From contig JACRNI010000111.1 in the NCBI GenBank assembly GCA_016234925.1, positions 1-63,032 on the forward strand: a stretch of 63,032 bases of DNA, given 5' to 3'. Origin of the DNA: Deltaproteobacteria bacterium. GTDB lineage: Bacteria > Desulfobacterota > GWC2-55-46 > UBA9637 > GWC2-42-11. Each line of letters opens with the position of its first letter. The stretch's first letter is position 1. The translations under genes and the position numbers were made by a program. The notes below the pieces were generated by a model that worked only from the letters and a program-made list of their open reading frames with translations, did not search any database and was not told the origin of the DNA. This document shows positions 18,944-28,249 of this stretch, one piece after another.

Positions 18944-19189
18944 ATGGTTATAATTAAATTTTTTGCCATGCTAAAGGGAAAAGTCGGCAGGGATGAGGTT
19001 GAAATATCCATCCCCGGACAAATTGCCTTAAAAGAACTGAAAGAAATACTCAAAAGAGAATTCCCGCCCATAAAAGAATTCATAGACAAAAATGTAATGA
19101 TCTCTGTTAATCAAGAATTTGCCGCATCTGACACAATAATCAAGGATGGCGATGAGGTTGCGCTTCTGCCGCCGTTTTCAGGGGGATGA
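18944..19189 (+). CDS. moaD: Molybdopterin synthase sulfur-carrier subunit MoaD
   Basis: 81 aa from MVIIKFFAML. Ubiquitin-like fold pattern. C-terminal ...DEVALLPPFSGG ends in Gly-Gly. Confidence 0.8.
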   Translation: MVIIKFFAMLKGKVGRDEVEISIPGQIALKELKEILKREFPPIKEFIDKNVMISVNQEFAASDTIIKDGDEVALLPPFSGG

Positions 19190-19192
19190 TAA

Positions 19193-19533
19193 ATGGATTT
19201 TGCAAGGATACAAGAAAAAGATTTTTCTGTTACGCAAGAAATTGAGAAGATAAAGGCATCCTCTAACAGCATCGGCGGAATAGTAACCTTTCTCGGAACT
19301 GCAAGGGATATATCAAAGGGAGAGGAGATTTCTGGACTTGAGTTTGAATGTTATGCTGGGATGGCTGAGAAAAAGTTGATGGAAATCCGCGAAAGGGCGG
19401 TTGAAAATCAAGGCATAGAAATGACGCATTCATGGCGTGTGAGTGGGCAATATCAGAACTAAAACGGATAACGCCAATCTGGAAAAAAGAGACGACAAGA
19501 AAAGGCGAGGTCTGGGTTGAGGAGCATCCCTAA
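19193..19533 (+). pseudogene. moaE: MoaE with internal out-of-frame deletion
   Basis: The N-terminal 74 aa (GGIVTFLGTARD...LEFECYAGMAEKKL) are MoaE-like. The C-terminal HRNDAFMACEWAISELKRITPIWKKETTRKGEVWVEEHP is in another frame from 19414. The central strand-turn segment of about 25-30 aa is missing. Confidence 0.75.
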
Positions 19534-19542
19534 AGAAATAAC

Positions 19543-20034
19543 ATGATTACAGTCGGCATACTTACAATGAGCGATAAAGGCTCCCGCGGGGAGCGGGAAG
19601 ATTTAAGCGGGAAAGAGATTGAACGGATGATAAAATCTCTGCCTACTGAAATTAAGGCTTACGAAATAATCCCTGATGAGACTGAAATAATCTCTAAAAA
19701 ACTCATTGAGTTTGCTGATAAAAAAAAACTGGATTTAATAATAACAACAGGCGGGACAGGCGTCAGCCCGCGCGATGTTACGCCAGAGGCGACAAAGGCT
19801 GTTATAGAAAGAGAACTTCCGGGCATGGCAGAGGCAATGCGGTTTGAATCATTGAAAAAAACCCCGAATGCAATGATTTCAAGGGCTGTTTGCGGCATAA
19901 GAAAGCAGTCTCTTATTATAAATCTGCCGGGCAGTCCAAAGGCAGTCAGGGAAAATCTTCAGGTTGTCCTGCCTGCGATAAACCACACCATAGAAAAAAT
20001 AAAAGGCTCCACTGCTGAATGCGGGACATCATAA
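19543..20034 (+). CDS. mog: MogA/MoaB-type molybdenum cofactor biosynthesis protein
   Basis: 163 aa. MoCF_biosynth signature LIITTGGTGVSPRDVTPEAT and INLPGSPKA. Confidence 0.85.
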   Translation: MITVGILTMSDKGSRGEREDLSGKEIERMIKSLPTEIKAYEIIPDETEIISKKLIEFADKKKLDLIITTGGTGVSPRDVTPEATKAVIERELPGMAEAMRFESLKKTPNAMISRAVCGIRKQSLIINLPGSPKAVRENLQVVLPAINHTIEKIKGSTAECGTS

Positions 20035-20061
20035 AAAAATCAGGATAGAAAGAGATGATAT

Positions 20062-20263
20062 GATTACACCAAATAATCAATAACCAAGCACCAATAAACA
20101 AACAATAACCAATAACCAATTTCCAAAATACAAACAAGCACCAAATTACAATAACCAAACAGTTTGGGTATTGGTGATTGGTTATTATTTGGAATTTGGG
20201 ATTTGATTATTGGAATTTGTTTGTAATTTGGAATTTGGTTATTTGGATTTCATTTGGTGTAAT
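20062..20263. repeat. ~200-nt strand-asymmetric long hairpin (A+C arm / G+T arm) with GATTACAC termini
   Basis: The left arm is almost G-free and built of ccaat/accaa words. The right arm is almost C-free and built of attgg/ttggt words. The termini gattacaccaaat / atttggtgtaatc are perfectly complementary. Centre is ccaaac-a-gtttgg at about 20161. Confidence 0.8.
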
Positions 20264-20288
20264 CAATTTCTTTCATAGGAGGCAGCCA

Positions 20289-21446
20289 ATGCCGTTTGAT
20301 TTTGTATTGCCTGATTTAGGCGAAGGCATAACAGAGGGTGAAATCAGAAAATGGCTTGTTAAGGAAGGCGACCTTGTTGATGAACACCAGACAGTCTTGG
20401 AGATTGAGACTGACAAGGCTGTTGTTCAAGTGCCGTCGCCTAAAAAAGGCTTTATTTTAAAGATACACATAAAAGAAGGCGGTATTGCAAATGTCGGCGA
20501 TGCGCTGCTGACCATTGGCGATAAAACAGAGGAAGGGAAAGTAGAAAAAAAATCCCATTCAGTTGTAGGGGTTTTGCCTGAGGCAGAGGAAATCCTCGCA
20601 GCGCCTGCTGTAAGAAACCTTGCTAAAAAAACAGGCATAATCCTTGAAAACATAAAAGGAACAGGCGCAGGCGGAAGGATAACAGAGGATGATGTCCTAA
20701 AGGCGTCAGGCGGTTTTAAGGACATATCAAAAGACTCGTTTGGCTCTATTGAAAGGATAGCAATAAAGGGCGTAAGGAGGAGCATTGCAAAAAATCTTCT
20801 TGCAAGCATGAGAACCGCCGCATTTGTTACAGGCATGGATGACGCTGATGTGACAGAACTCTGGAATCTAAAAGAAAAGGAAAAAAAGGTTGCCCTTGAA
20901 AAAGGCATACACCTTACATTTATACCATTTTTTATAAAGGCTGTTCAGCATGCGCTTGCTGCGCATCCTATGCTGAATGCGTCTGTTACAGAGGACGGCG
21001 AAGAGATTATAGTCAAAAAATATTTTAATATCGGCGTTGCGGTTGATACGGCTGACGGTCTTATGGTTCCTGTTGTGAAAGATGTAAACAAAAAAACAAT
21101 ATTGGAACTTGCAGCAGAACTTCAGGAATTAAGCCAAAAGGCAAAAGAAAGAAAAATCAAATTAGAAGAACTGAAAGGAAGCACATTTACAATATCCAAT
21201 TTCGGCTCGTTCGGCGGAACATACGCAACGCCCATAATAAACTATCCTGATGTTGCAATACTCGGCACAGGAAAAATATCGGACAGGCCTTGGATAAAGG
21301 ATGGAAAGATTGCGATAAGAAAAATCCTCTCCCTTTCACTTACATTTGACCACAGGGTTGTTGACGGCGCAGAGGCGGCGAAATTTTTAAATAAGATAAT
21401 CCATTACCTTGAAGACCCTGACCAGATATTTATTGAGAGCGCGTAA
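20289..21446 (+). CDS. Dihydrolipoamide acyltransferase (E2 of a 2-oxoacid dehydrogenase complex)
   Basis: AGGAGG lies before the ATG at 20289 (MPFDFVLPDLGEGITEGEI). Lipoyl-Lys motif IETDKAV, PSBD AAPAVRNLAKKTGI, catalytic DHRVVDG. The ORF-track start at 20178 only translates the palindrome. Confidence 0.9.
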   Translation: MPFDFVLPDLGEGITEGEIRKWLVKEGDLVDEHQTVLEIETDKAVVQVPSPKKGFILKIHIKEGGIANVGDALLTIGDKTEEGKVEKKSHSVVGVLPEAEEILAAPAVRNLAKKTGIILENIKGTGAGGRITEDDVLKASGGFKDISKDSFGSIERIAIKGVRRSIAKNLLASMRTAAFVTGMDDADVTELWNLKEKEKKVALEKGIHLTFIPFFIKAVQHALAAHPMLNASVTEDGEEIIVKKYFNIGVAVDTADGLMVPVVKDVNKKTILELAAELQELSQKAKERKIKLEELKGSTFTISNFGSFGGTYATPIINYPDVAILGTGKISDRPWIKDGKIAIRKILSLSLTFDHRVVDGAEAAKFLNKIIHYLEDPDQIFIESA

Positions 21447-21460
21447 TTGCCGCAGTTTAG

Positions 21461-21536
21461 GCGCCCGTAGCTCAGGGGACAGAGCGACGGTCTTCGAAAC
21501 CGTTGGTCGGGGGTTCAAATCCCTCCGGGCGCGCCA
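21461..21536 (+). tRNA. tRNA-Arg (anticodon UCG), CCA encoded
   Basis: Acceptor GCGCCCG/CGGGCGC, anticodon arm ACGGT-CTTCGAA-ACCGT, T arm GGGGG-TTCAAAT-CCCTC. Confidence 0.9.
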
Positions 21537-21543
21537 ATCAAAA

Positions 21544-21573
21544 TTAGCAGGTTGTTGAAAAACAACCTGCTAA
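21544..21573 (+). terminator. 13-bp perfect hairpin after the tRNA (terminator-like, no T tract)
   Basis: ttagcaggttgtt-gaaa-aacaacctgctaa. Confidence 0.4.
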
Positions 21574-21707
21574 TGCAATCCATGGATGGATTGCCAAATT
21601 GCGAGATTTAAAAAATTGAGCAATTTGCAAGGCTTGGACGAATTCACTTCGTCCAAGCCGCAGTTGAAAAAGACATGGATGGACTTTTTCAACATCCTGT
21701 TAGTCAT

Positions 21708-22865
21708 TCAACCTCTGTTCCTATCCTTATTGCTTGCTATCTCCATAATAGTAACTATAATTAAAATGCAAGATACCTGCGTTAAAAGGATGATTGCTGA
21801 AATATGGTCAGTATTTCGGAGAAGCAGCGCGTTTAAACCGAGCGTAAATGATAAAAGGTATATGAATAAAACAGTTTTTCTCTTGCTGGAGAGCAGTCTG
21901 TCCATCCTGTGATGAAGGTGGTCTTTTCCAACATAATCAAGCCATTCCTTTATATTATGCACCTTGCCTGATGCGAACCGTTCTATTGTAATGTAAGTCA
22001 TGTCGTATATAAGGATTGAAAATATTAAGATGGGTGTTGCGAGTGATGAGACCATGCTCTTTTCTGACCACTCGCCCATGACTGCAATAGATGCCAGCGT
22101 AAAGCCCAAGAAGTTGCTGCCAGAATCGCCCAAAAATATTCCTGCCGGTTTTCTTGAGCCAAAATTATATGGCAGAAATCCAATGCATCCGCCCATTATT
22201 GCAATAGCAAGCCATCCAAGAAACGGCTGGTTTGTCTGAAACGCAACAATGCCGATAAAAAACGATATTAAGATTGACAACCCTGTTGCCAGCCCGTCCA
22301 TGCCATCAAAAAAGTTCATGGAATTTGTTATGCCTATTATCCATATGTATGTAAGAAATGAATTCAGCAATACGCCCCACCAATTCTGCTCAAATATTAT
22401 TATGCTTATGCCATTTAACAGCAGAATTGTTACAGCCAAAATTTGCAATGATAACCGCAGCCTTGAAGATAATTTTAAAACATCGTCTAATATGCCTGAT
22501 ATGAAAACTATGCTTGCGCCAATGATTATTGCAAAAAGTTCTTTTGGGAAAATTGCGTTATTAAGGATTGATATTAAAAAGGCAAGATATATCCCAAGAC
22601 CGCCCATCAAAGGGATTGGGCTTGAATGAACCTTTCTTGCATCAGGTATGTCAAGGATGTTGTATTTAAGGGCAAAGCGCTTGACCAGCGGTGTTGCAAT
22701 AAAACTGAATGCGGATGATATTAGAAAGATATGCAGCCATCGGATGCTTCCCCTATTGTGAAACCATTCCCTTACAAAAGGCAGAATGAGGATTATAAAG
22801 ACGGTTATCGCAATAGAATAAATAATGCCTTTAAATTTAGCGTTTTCTTGCTGCACTGATCGCAC
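21708..22865 (-). CDS. Polyprenyl-phosphate N-acetylhexosamine-1-phosphate transferase (WecA/WbpL/MraY family, GT4 of the polyprenol class)
   Basis: 385 aa, about 10 TM. Motifs NSMNFFDGMDGLATG and FLGDSGSNFLGF. Confidence 0.85.
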   Translation of the reverse strand: MRSVQQENAKFKGIIYSIAITVFIILILPFVREWFHNRGSIRWLHIFLISSAFSFIATPLVKRFALKYNILDIPDARKVHSSPIPLMGGLGIYLAFLISILNNAIFPKELFAIIIGASIVFISGILDDVLKLSSRLRLSLQILAVTILLLNGISIIIFEQNWWGVLLNSFLTYIWIIGITNSMNFFDGMDGLATGLSILISFFIGIVAFQTNQPFLGWLAIAIMGGCIGFLPYNFGSRKPAGIFLGDSGSNFLGFTLASIAVMGEWSEKSMVSSLATPILIFSILIYDMTYITIERFASGKVHNIKEWLDYVGKDHLHHRMDRLLSSKRKTVLFIYLLSFTLGLNALLLRNTDHISAIILLTQVSCILIIVTIMEIASNKDRNRG

Positions 22866-22869
22866 TGGT

Positions 22870-23940
22870 TTACAGCCTTTCCAAGACTTTTTTTGTATGC
22901 AGGATTACCCTTTTCACATCCCCTTCTTTTAATGTCGGATATATGGGAAGCGAAACCGCATGTTTCCATATATTTTCAGTATTAGGAAGTGCGCTGGAGT
23001 TAATTATCTTGTGGATTGGCATGAATACTGGTTTTCTGCATATAATGCCCTTTTTCTCCATATCTTTTATAAATCTGTCAGGCGTATTCATCATTACAAC
23101 AAATCTGTAATATATATTCTTGCAATGGGCTGATGTTTCAGGTAAAAGCAAGGCTGCGCCCCTTAAACCATTTATATATTTCTTTGCAGTCTCTCTCCTT
23201 TTTTTTATAAATACCGGGAGTTTTTTAAGTTGAGTTATGCCCATTGCAGCCTGAAAATCAGTCATCTTATAATTAAATCTTAATCTGCTGTCCTTTTTTT
23301 CATCGTAATCTCTTAAATCTTTCACCTTGTCCAATATCTCTTTTGAATTTGAAATAACCATGCCCCCTTCCCCTGTTGTCATCACCTTTGTCGCATAAAA
23401 AGAAAATATAGAAACCTCGCCAAATGAACCTGTCTTTTTGCCCTTATATTCTGCGCCGACTGCCATTGCGCAGTCTTCAATTATTGGAATTGAATATCTT
23501 TTTGATATAGCCATGTAATCATCCATACTTACAGGCTTGCCAAAAAGATGGACAACTACTATCGCCTTAACTCTTTTTTTAGGATTATTTTTTAAATAAT
23601 TTTCAACCTGCTGGGCATCCATATCCCAGCCATCCTTTACAGTATCAGCAAGGATTGGTTCTGCGCCTGTATATTTAACAGCATTATAAAGCGCAATACA
23701 AACATAGGATGGAATAATGACACTGTCGCCCCTGCCAATGCCAAGCGCAAGCAGCGCAAGATGAAGCGCTGCTGTGCCGCTGGATACAGCAGCCCCTCCC
23801 CTCTTCTCGTGATATTTTGCAAATGCATCTTCAAACTTTTTAACAACCTTCCCCTGCGCTATGAAACCGCTTTTTAATACAGCAGTCGCTGCATCTATAT
23901 CACCTTTTTCTATTGTTGGTTTTGAGTGCGGTATTTTCAT
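22870..23940 (-). CDS. DegT/DnrJ/EryC1-family PLP sugar aminotransferase
   Basis: 356 aa. Catalytic Lys context FSFYATKVMTTGEGGMV. Confidence 0.85.
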   Translation of the reverse strand: MKIPHSKPTIEKGDIDAATAVLKSGFIAQGKVVKKFEDAFAKYHEKRGGAAVSSGTAALHLALLALGIGRGDSVIIPSYVCIALYNAVKYTGAEPILADTVKDGWDMDAQQVENYLKNNPKKRVKAIVVVHLFGKPVSMDDYMAISKRYSIPIIEDCAMAVGAEYKGKKTGSFGEVSIFSFYATKVMTTGEGGMVISNSKEILDKVKDLRDYDEKKDSRLRFNYKMTDFQAAMGITQLKKLPVFIKKRRETAKKYINGLRGAALLLPETSAHCKNIYYRFVVMMNTPDRFIKDMEKKGIICRKPVFMPIHKIINSSALPNTENIWKHAVSLPIYPTLKEGDVKRVILHTKKVLERL

Positions 23941-23952
23941 AGAATATGATAT

Positions 23953-24042
23953 GATTACACCGATTATAAAGGCAGATTACACAGATTAAAACAAATAGTA
24001 GTCTTAAATCTGCGTAATCGTATTTTAGAAATCTGTGTCCTC
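23953..24042. repeat. GATTACAC-type nested palindromic element, copy 2
   Basis: gattacaccgatt / gattacacagatt ... aatctgcgtaatc / aatctgtgtcctc. Confidence 0.8.
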
Positions 24043-24050
24043 AATTTCTT

Positions 24051-24668
24051 TCATACATTCATAAAGAGTCTTAAAGGGATGAACCCTTCAGCATATTTTA
24101 CCCTACCATGAGTGCCTCTAAAATGTGCGGATGATTTGGCAATCTCAATAATGGAAAGTCCCTCTATATTTGTCCTGTGCACCTGCGAGACATGGGCTGT
24201 TAGCGCCTTTACCTTTTTTTTCATGAATTTAGATATATCTACAAACACTGTTGGATTAAAATCTACAGATGTTGGCACTTCATAAAAAAGGACATTTCTC
24301 GTATGACGGGTTGCAGATATAGCCGCATCTGCAAGGAGTCTGTGATCCTGATGCGTATCCTTTGGATAATTTACAAAGATAAAAGTCGGTTTTATTTTTT
24401 TTAAAACCCCTTCTATTGTATCAATCAATTCCTTGCCCTTATTCTCTAAACCGGTATCCTTAAAGCCTCCCCAAAATATCTTATCAACCTTCATTATCCT
24501 TGCGGCATCTTCTTGTTCCTTTCGTCTTATCTTGACATTCCCGCCCATAGAGCCGTCAGATATTATTAAAAGATAAACCCTGTGGCCGCTTTTCCTATAT
24601 TTCATGATAGCGCCTGCACAGCCTATTTCTATATCATCAGGATGCGCGCCTATTGCAAGGATATTCAT
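24051..24668 (-). CDS. PIG-L/LmbE-family deacetylase
   Basis: 205 aa. GAHPDDIEIGCAG and THQDH motifs. Confidence 0.8.
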   Translation of the reverse strand: MNILAIGAHPDDIEIGCAGAIMKYRKSGHRVYLLIISDGSMGGNVKIRRKEQEDAARIMKVDKIFWGGFKDTGLENKGKELIDTIEGVLKKIKPTFIFVNYPKDTHQDHRLLADAAISATRHTRNVLFYEVPTSVDFNPTVFVDISKFMKKKVKALTAHVSQVHRTNIEGLSIIEIAKSSAHFRGTHGRVKYAEGFIPLRLFMNV

Positions 24669-24693
24669 TATTTATTCTCCTATGAAAGAAATT

Positions 24694-25404
24694 TTATATC
24701 ATCTCCTTTCTTATTATTTCCAAACTCTCATTGCCGCAGTTAAACGTCAAATCAATCGCTGACATGAAATATTCAAATCTGCCGAACAACTGTGGATACG
24801 CAGGGTGTTTAAATTCCTGAAACTCTAGTTTTATGCCAGCATCATTAAACAAATCAAGGTTCATATAATTCCTGCCGTCCTTTCCTGCAAGATATGTATC
24901 TGCGCCGAGTCTTTTGCAAATGTCTATGAGCCTTAAATTCGGCTCGTCCCTTAACCCCTGCATTTCAGATGCGATTACAACCCTAGTTTTTATTCCCAAT
25001 ATATCTTTTAAAAGCGCAATACTTGCAATATTTACTTGAGATAAGGTCTGCCATTCTTTTGAATAAAATTCTTTGAATAGGTTTATATATTTTTCAAAAT
25101 AATGCGCCTTTCTATAATTTGTCTCAAGCGCATGCAGATGTTTTTTTTGCCAGTCAACACTATTATCAATCTGCACCTCATTTATCATCTGCGGAAATCT
25201 GTATTTTACGGGCACTGTCAGCCACTGCCAGCCTTGCGATGTCTTGATTCTATTTCTATTCTGATATTCATTCTTTTTATACTGGACATTGTCAAGAAGC
25301 ACGAATACATCGCATCTATCCATCTTGTCAAAATATCCGAGCCACGGCATGAACTGTGGTTGATGTATCGCAGCAAGCATTATGCCTTTTGTTCTGGTTT
25401 GCAC
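24694..25404 (-). CDS. WbqC-family protein
   Basis: 236 aa. N-terminal IHQPQFMPWLGYFDK signature. Set among amino-sugar genes. Confidence 0.7.
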   Translation of the reverse strand: MQTRTKGIMLAAIHQPQFMPWLGYFDKMDRCDVFVLLDNVQYKKNEYQNRNRIKTSQGWQWLTVPVKYRFPQMINEVQIDNSVDWQKKHLHALETNYRKAHYFEKYINLFKEFYSKEWQTLSQVNIASIALLKDILGIKTRVVIASEMQGLRDEPNLRLIDICKRLGADTYLAGKDGRNYMNLDLFNDAGIKLEFQEFKHPAYPQLFGRFEYFMSAIDLTFNCGNESLEIIRKEMI

Positions 25405-25621
25405 GAGACACCGGATGCATCTGCGCCCTGTTTCTGTTCTGACTTACAGCATCTCATCCACATACATATCTGAATATTCAACAGCAAAAGCATAAAACTT
25501 ATTGTATCAACTGCCAGAAGAAAACAGACTATATACCACTCATAGTCCCACTCAGTGTAGCCCATGAAATGAAGCCATGTAAATAATAATGTAGCCATAA
25601 TGATACCTCCTATTGTAACTT

Positions 25622-28249
25622 TTATCCTATCCTTACAAATATCGGATTGCTTATAAGCCTTGAGTCAATATCAATACGGTAGTATGTTTTTTTGCCTGCG
25701 TTGAAATGCTTGTCCCCAAATGTTTTAATCATGGATTCGTCTTCCCATTCTATATTAATGCCTTCCATCAAATCAATCTCTTTTATTACATCCCCTTCCC
25801 TGATTATCTTTAGTTTCATTGCCTTTTTTTCTAATTCAGGCAGGGAAACCTTAATCTTTAATCTTATCTTATTGTCAACTGCTGCCTCGCCGCCCATATC
25901 AACCCACTCTCCTTTTTTATCATCCCATATTTGAAATGTCTCAAGGATTGGAGACATGCCATAGACCGCATACATCCTGCCAAACCGCATTGCATTTAAG
26001 ATTTCTTCTTTTGTGTTTTTATTGACGAGAAATATTGTCTGCGTGTCTCCCATCCAATTTCCTTCTTTGTAATCCAGTTCACCTATTGCCCACACAGGTT
26101 TTTTACGCTGCCCATTTATGTATTCATTTAATACGTTATCCCAAACGCCGCCCGGTCTGCCTGTATATTTTATGCCTTCTGCAAAAACAGCAAAGCCTGT
26201 ATAATTTTGCGTCCGCAGGAGTTCTTCAGAATACTGATGTGTGTTGATTTCTATGTCATTTATTTTATGTCTTGCCTCAACATCAGGATGGGCAAAGAAA
26301 ATCATCCCGCCTTTTTTCTCAACATAGTCAATCAGGTTTTGATAAGGCAATGCCCCTTTGTCGCCATGATATGGGTCATAAAGAGACGTGCCAAATGGAA
26401 AATTATTTATAGTAAAAACAGCGCCTGTGAATAAAACAAGTATGCCTATAATCAGGTAGGGTCTTTTTTCTTTTTTGACACGCAATTGCATCAACTGAAC
26501 ATGCTCTATTTTTTTATGCAATACCATCCATATCCCTAATGGCACTAAAAATATTGGCAGGATATTAAAAAAACACCATAAGTCAAATGTTAAAGTATTA
26601 TTATAAGAAACTGATGGAATACTTTCTAAATCTTCACTTTTTTCAAGACCAATTATGAGAAGGTGTTTGTGAAAATTGATTAGTTTGAGGTTATCTGTAA
26701 AATAACTACCATCCCAGTAATAAAACGGCACAGCCTCTACCCCGGCAATAATTGTCATGTCAGGGTTTTTCTTTGAAATGGCCGCTATCCTGTCTAAATA
26801 ATTTTTTGCGCCATATGTCATGATTGAATTTCTCTCCTCAACCCTTCTTATTATCTTTCGCAAAGGAAATATCCCATATTCAAGCCTCTGGTTATCCTTA
26901 TCATTTATAACAGCAATCTTTATCCCTGCCTCTTTAACCTTTTCAATCATCTCTTCTGGTGAAAGCGTGCCATCGCTTATATTTGTGTCAAGGTGTATGA
27001 CAGCAGGCACCCATTCCATTGCATGAGAAATATCTCTGCCCCCAAACAAAATAGATAATATAAAGATTATTGCAAGGAGTGTATTGTAAAGCCTATTTGT
27101 CTTTTCAACCATTGTCTTTATAGAAAAACCCATTGCAACTTTTTTGCCCCCCTCCCCTAACCTCTCTGCAAGTTTTTTATCCTTTAATATCCTTATAGTT
27201 TCATTTGCTGTTGAAACATAATCTTTAGATGGCACAAGGATGCCGTTTATATCATGTTTTACAATCTCAGGTATGCCGCCGACATTTGCAGCGACTATTG
27301 GTTTGCCGCATGCCATTGCCTCAAGAAGGACCCTTCCAAGTCCTTCGTTTAATGGAGTATGGACAAGGACATCTATTGAATTCATTATCTCTGGCATATC
27401 ATTCCTGAAACCAAGAAAAATCACCTCATTTTTTAAATCAAGAGATAATGCAAGTTCCTCCATCTCTTTTCTTAAAGGACCGTCTCCAACAATAAGAAAT
27501 TTTACATCAGGCAAATCTTTTTTAATCAAATGACATGCCCTTAAAAAATATTCACATCCCTTGACAGGCTCAAGCCTTCCAGCCCAGCCTATGACTTTAG
27601 CGTCAGGGGAAATGGCAAGTTTATTTCTTATGGATTTATCTTTGTTTAAAGTAAACCCAGTTAGAAGGCTCGGGTGGGACTTTCCTTCTAACTGGGTAAA
27701 CCTGTCAATATCAATGCCGCACGGAATGCTTATAATCTTTTCCTTATCCGCCACCCCTTCTTTTATGTATTCCCTTTTTTCAATCTCTGTGAGCGTAATA
27801 ATCTTATCGCAAAATCTGGATGCGAGTTTTTCAAGATATATAAATATTCTGCTTATGAGACTATTGTAATAGCCGTAAAATATATGACCATGCGGTGTAT
27901 GAACAACTGTCTTTACACCTGCAAGTCTGCCTGCAATCCTTCCTAAAAAACCTGCCTTTGATGTGTGTGTGTGAAGGACATCAGGCTTTATCTTTTTTAT
28001 AAGTTTGAGGATTTCAAAAAAGGCTGGAATGTCCCGGAACGGGTTTATGTTTCTTATTAAGAATTTAAGATAACTCACTGGAATATTGCTGTTTTTTGAA
28101 AATAATTTAATATCTGCCTGTGGTTCAACCGTAGGTCCTACTGCAAGAAATACATCATGCCCCTTTTCTTTAAGTCCTGATACAAGGTTTAGCACAACCT
28201 CTGCTGAACCACCTCTGTCAAGTCTTGTAATGATGTGTAATATCTTCAT
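25622..28249 (-). CDS. Fusion protein: GT4 glycosyltransferase + TM segments + PHP-like metal-hydrolase domain
   Basis: 875 aa. The first ~390 aa are GT-B/GT4 (EGLGRVLLEAMACGKPIVAANVGGIPEIV). The remainder has TM helices plus AVIHLDTNISDGTLSPEEMIEKVKEAGIKIAVINDKDN ... FFAHPD, resembling PHP/CehA-type domains. Confidence 0.7.
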   Translation of the reverse strand: MKILHIITRLDRGGSAEVVLNLVSGLKEKGHDVFLAVGPTVEPQADIKLFSKNSNIPVSYLKFLIRNINPFRDIPAFFEILKLIKKIKPDVLHTHTSKAGFLGRIAGRLAGVKTVVHTPHGHIFYGYYNSLISRIFIYLEKLASRFCDKIITLTEIEKREYIKEGVADKEKIISIPCGIDIDRFTQLEGKSHPSLLTGFTLNKDKSIRNKLAISPDAKVIGWAGRLEPVKGCEYFLRACHLIKKDLPDVKFLIVGDGPLRKEMEELALSLDLKNEVIFLGFRNDMPEIMNSIDVLVHTPLNEGLGRVLLEAMACGKPIVAANVGGIPEIVKHDINGILVPSKDYVSTANETIRILKDKKLAERLGEGGKKVAMGFSIKTMVEKTNRLYNTLLAIIFILSILFGGRDISHAMEWVPAVIHLDTNISDGTLSPEEMIEKVKEAGIKIAVINDKDNQRLEYGIFPLRKIIRRVEERNSIMTYGAKNYLDRIAAISKKNPDMTIIAGVEAVPFYYWDGSYFTDNLKLINFHKHLLIIGLEKSEDLESIPSVSYNNTLTFDLWCFFNILPIFLVPLGIWMVLHKKIEHVQLMQLRVKKEKRPYLIIGILVLFTGAVFTINNFPFGTSLYDPYHGDKGALPYQNLIDYVEKKGGMIFFAHPDVEARHKINDIEINTHQYSEELLRTQNYTGFAVFAEGIKYTGRPGGVWDNVLNEYINGQRKKPVWAIGELDYKEGNWMGDTQTIFLVNKNTKEEILNAMRFGRMYAVYGMSPILETFQIWDDKKGEWVDMGGEAAVDNKIRLKIKVSLPELEKKAMKLKIIREGDVIKEIDLMEGINIEWEDESMIKTFGDKHFNAGKKTYYRIDIDSRLISNPIFVRIG

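Noticed and set aside
20178-20288. N-terminal extension of the E2 ORF (MVIIWNLGFDYWNLFVIWNLVIW...) and the antisense ORF 19946..20158.
   Set aside because: Both are translations of the low-complexity palindrome arms. A strong AGGAGG plus ATG at 20289 starts the conserved lipoyl domain.
21461-21707. Searched next to both tRNA-Arg genes and tRNA-Phe for an integrase, att duplications or prophage ends.
   Set aside because: No integrase-like ORF and no direct repeat of a tRNA 3' end was found in the window.
25380-25598. 72-aa ORF between the GT4-PHP and WbqC genes.
   Set aside because: It overlaps the WbqC start by 25 nt, has no RBS that I can see, and its C-terminal half is not membrane-like. 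It could be real but is unsupported.
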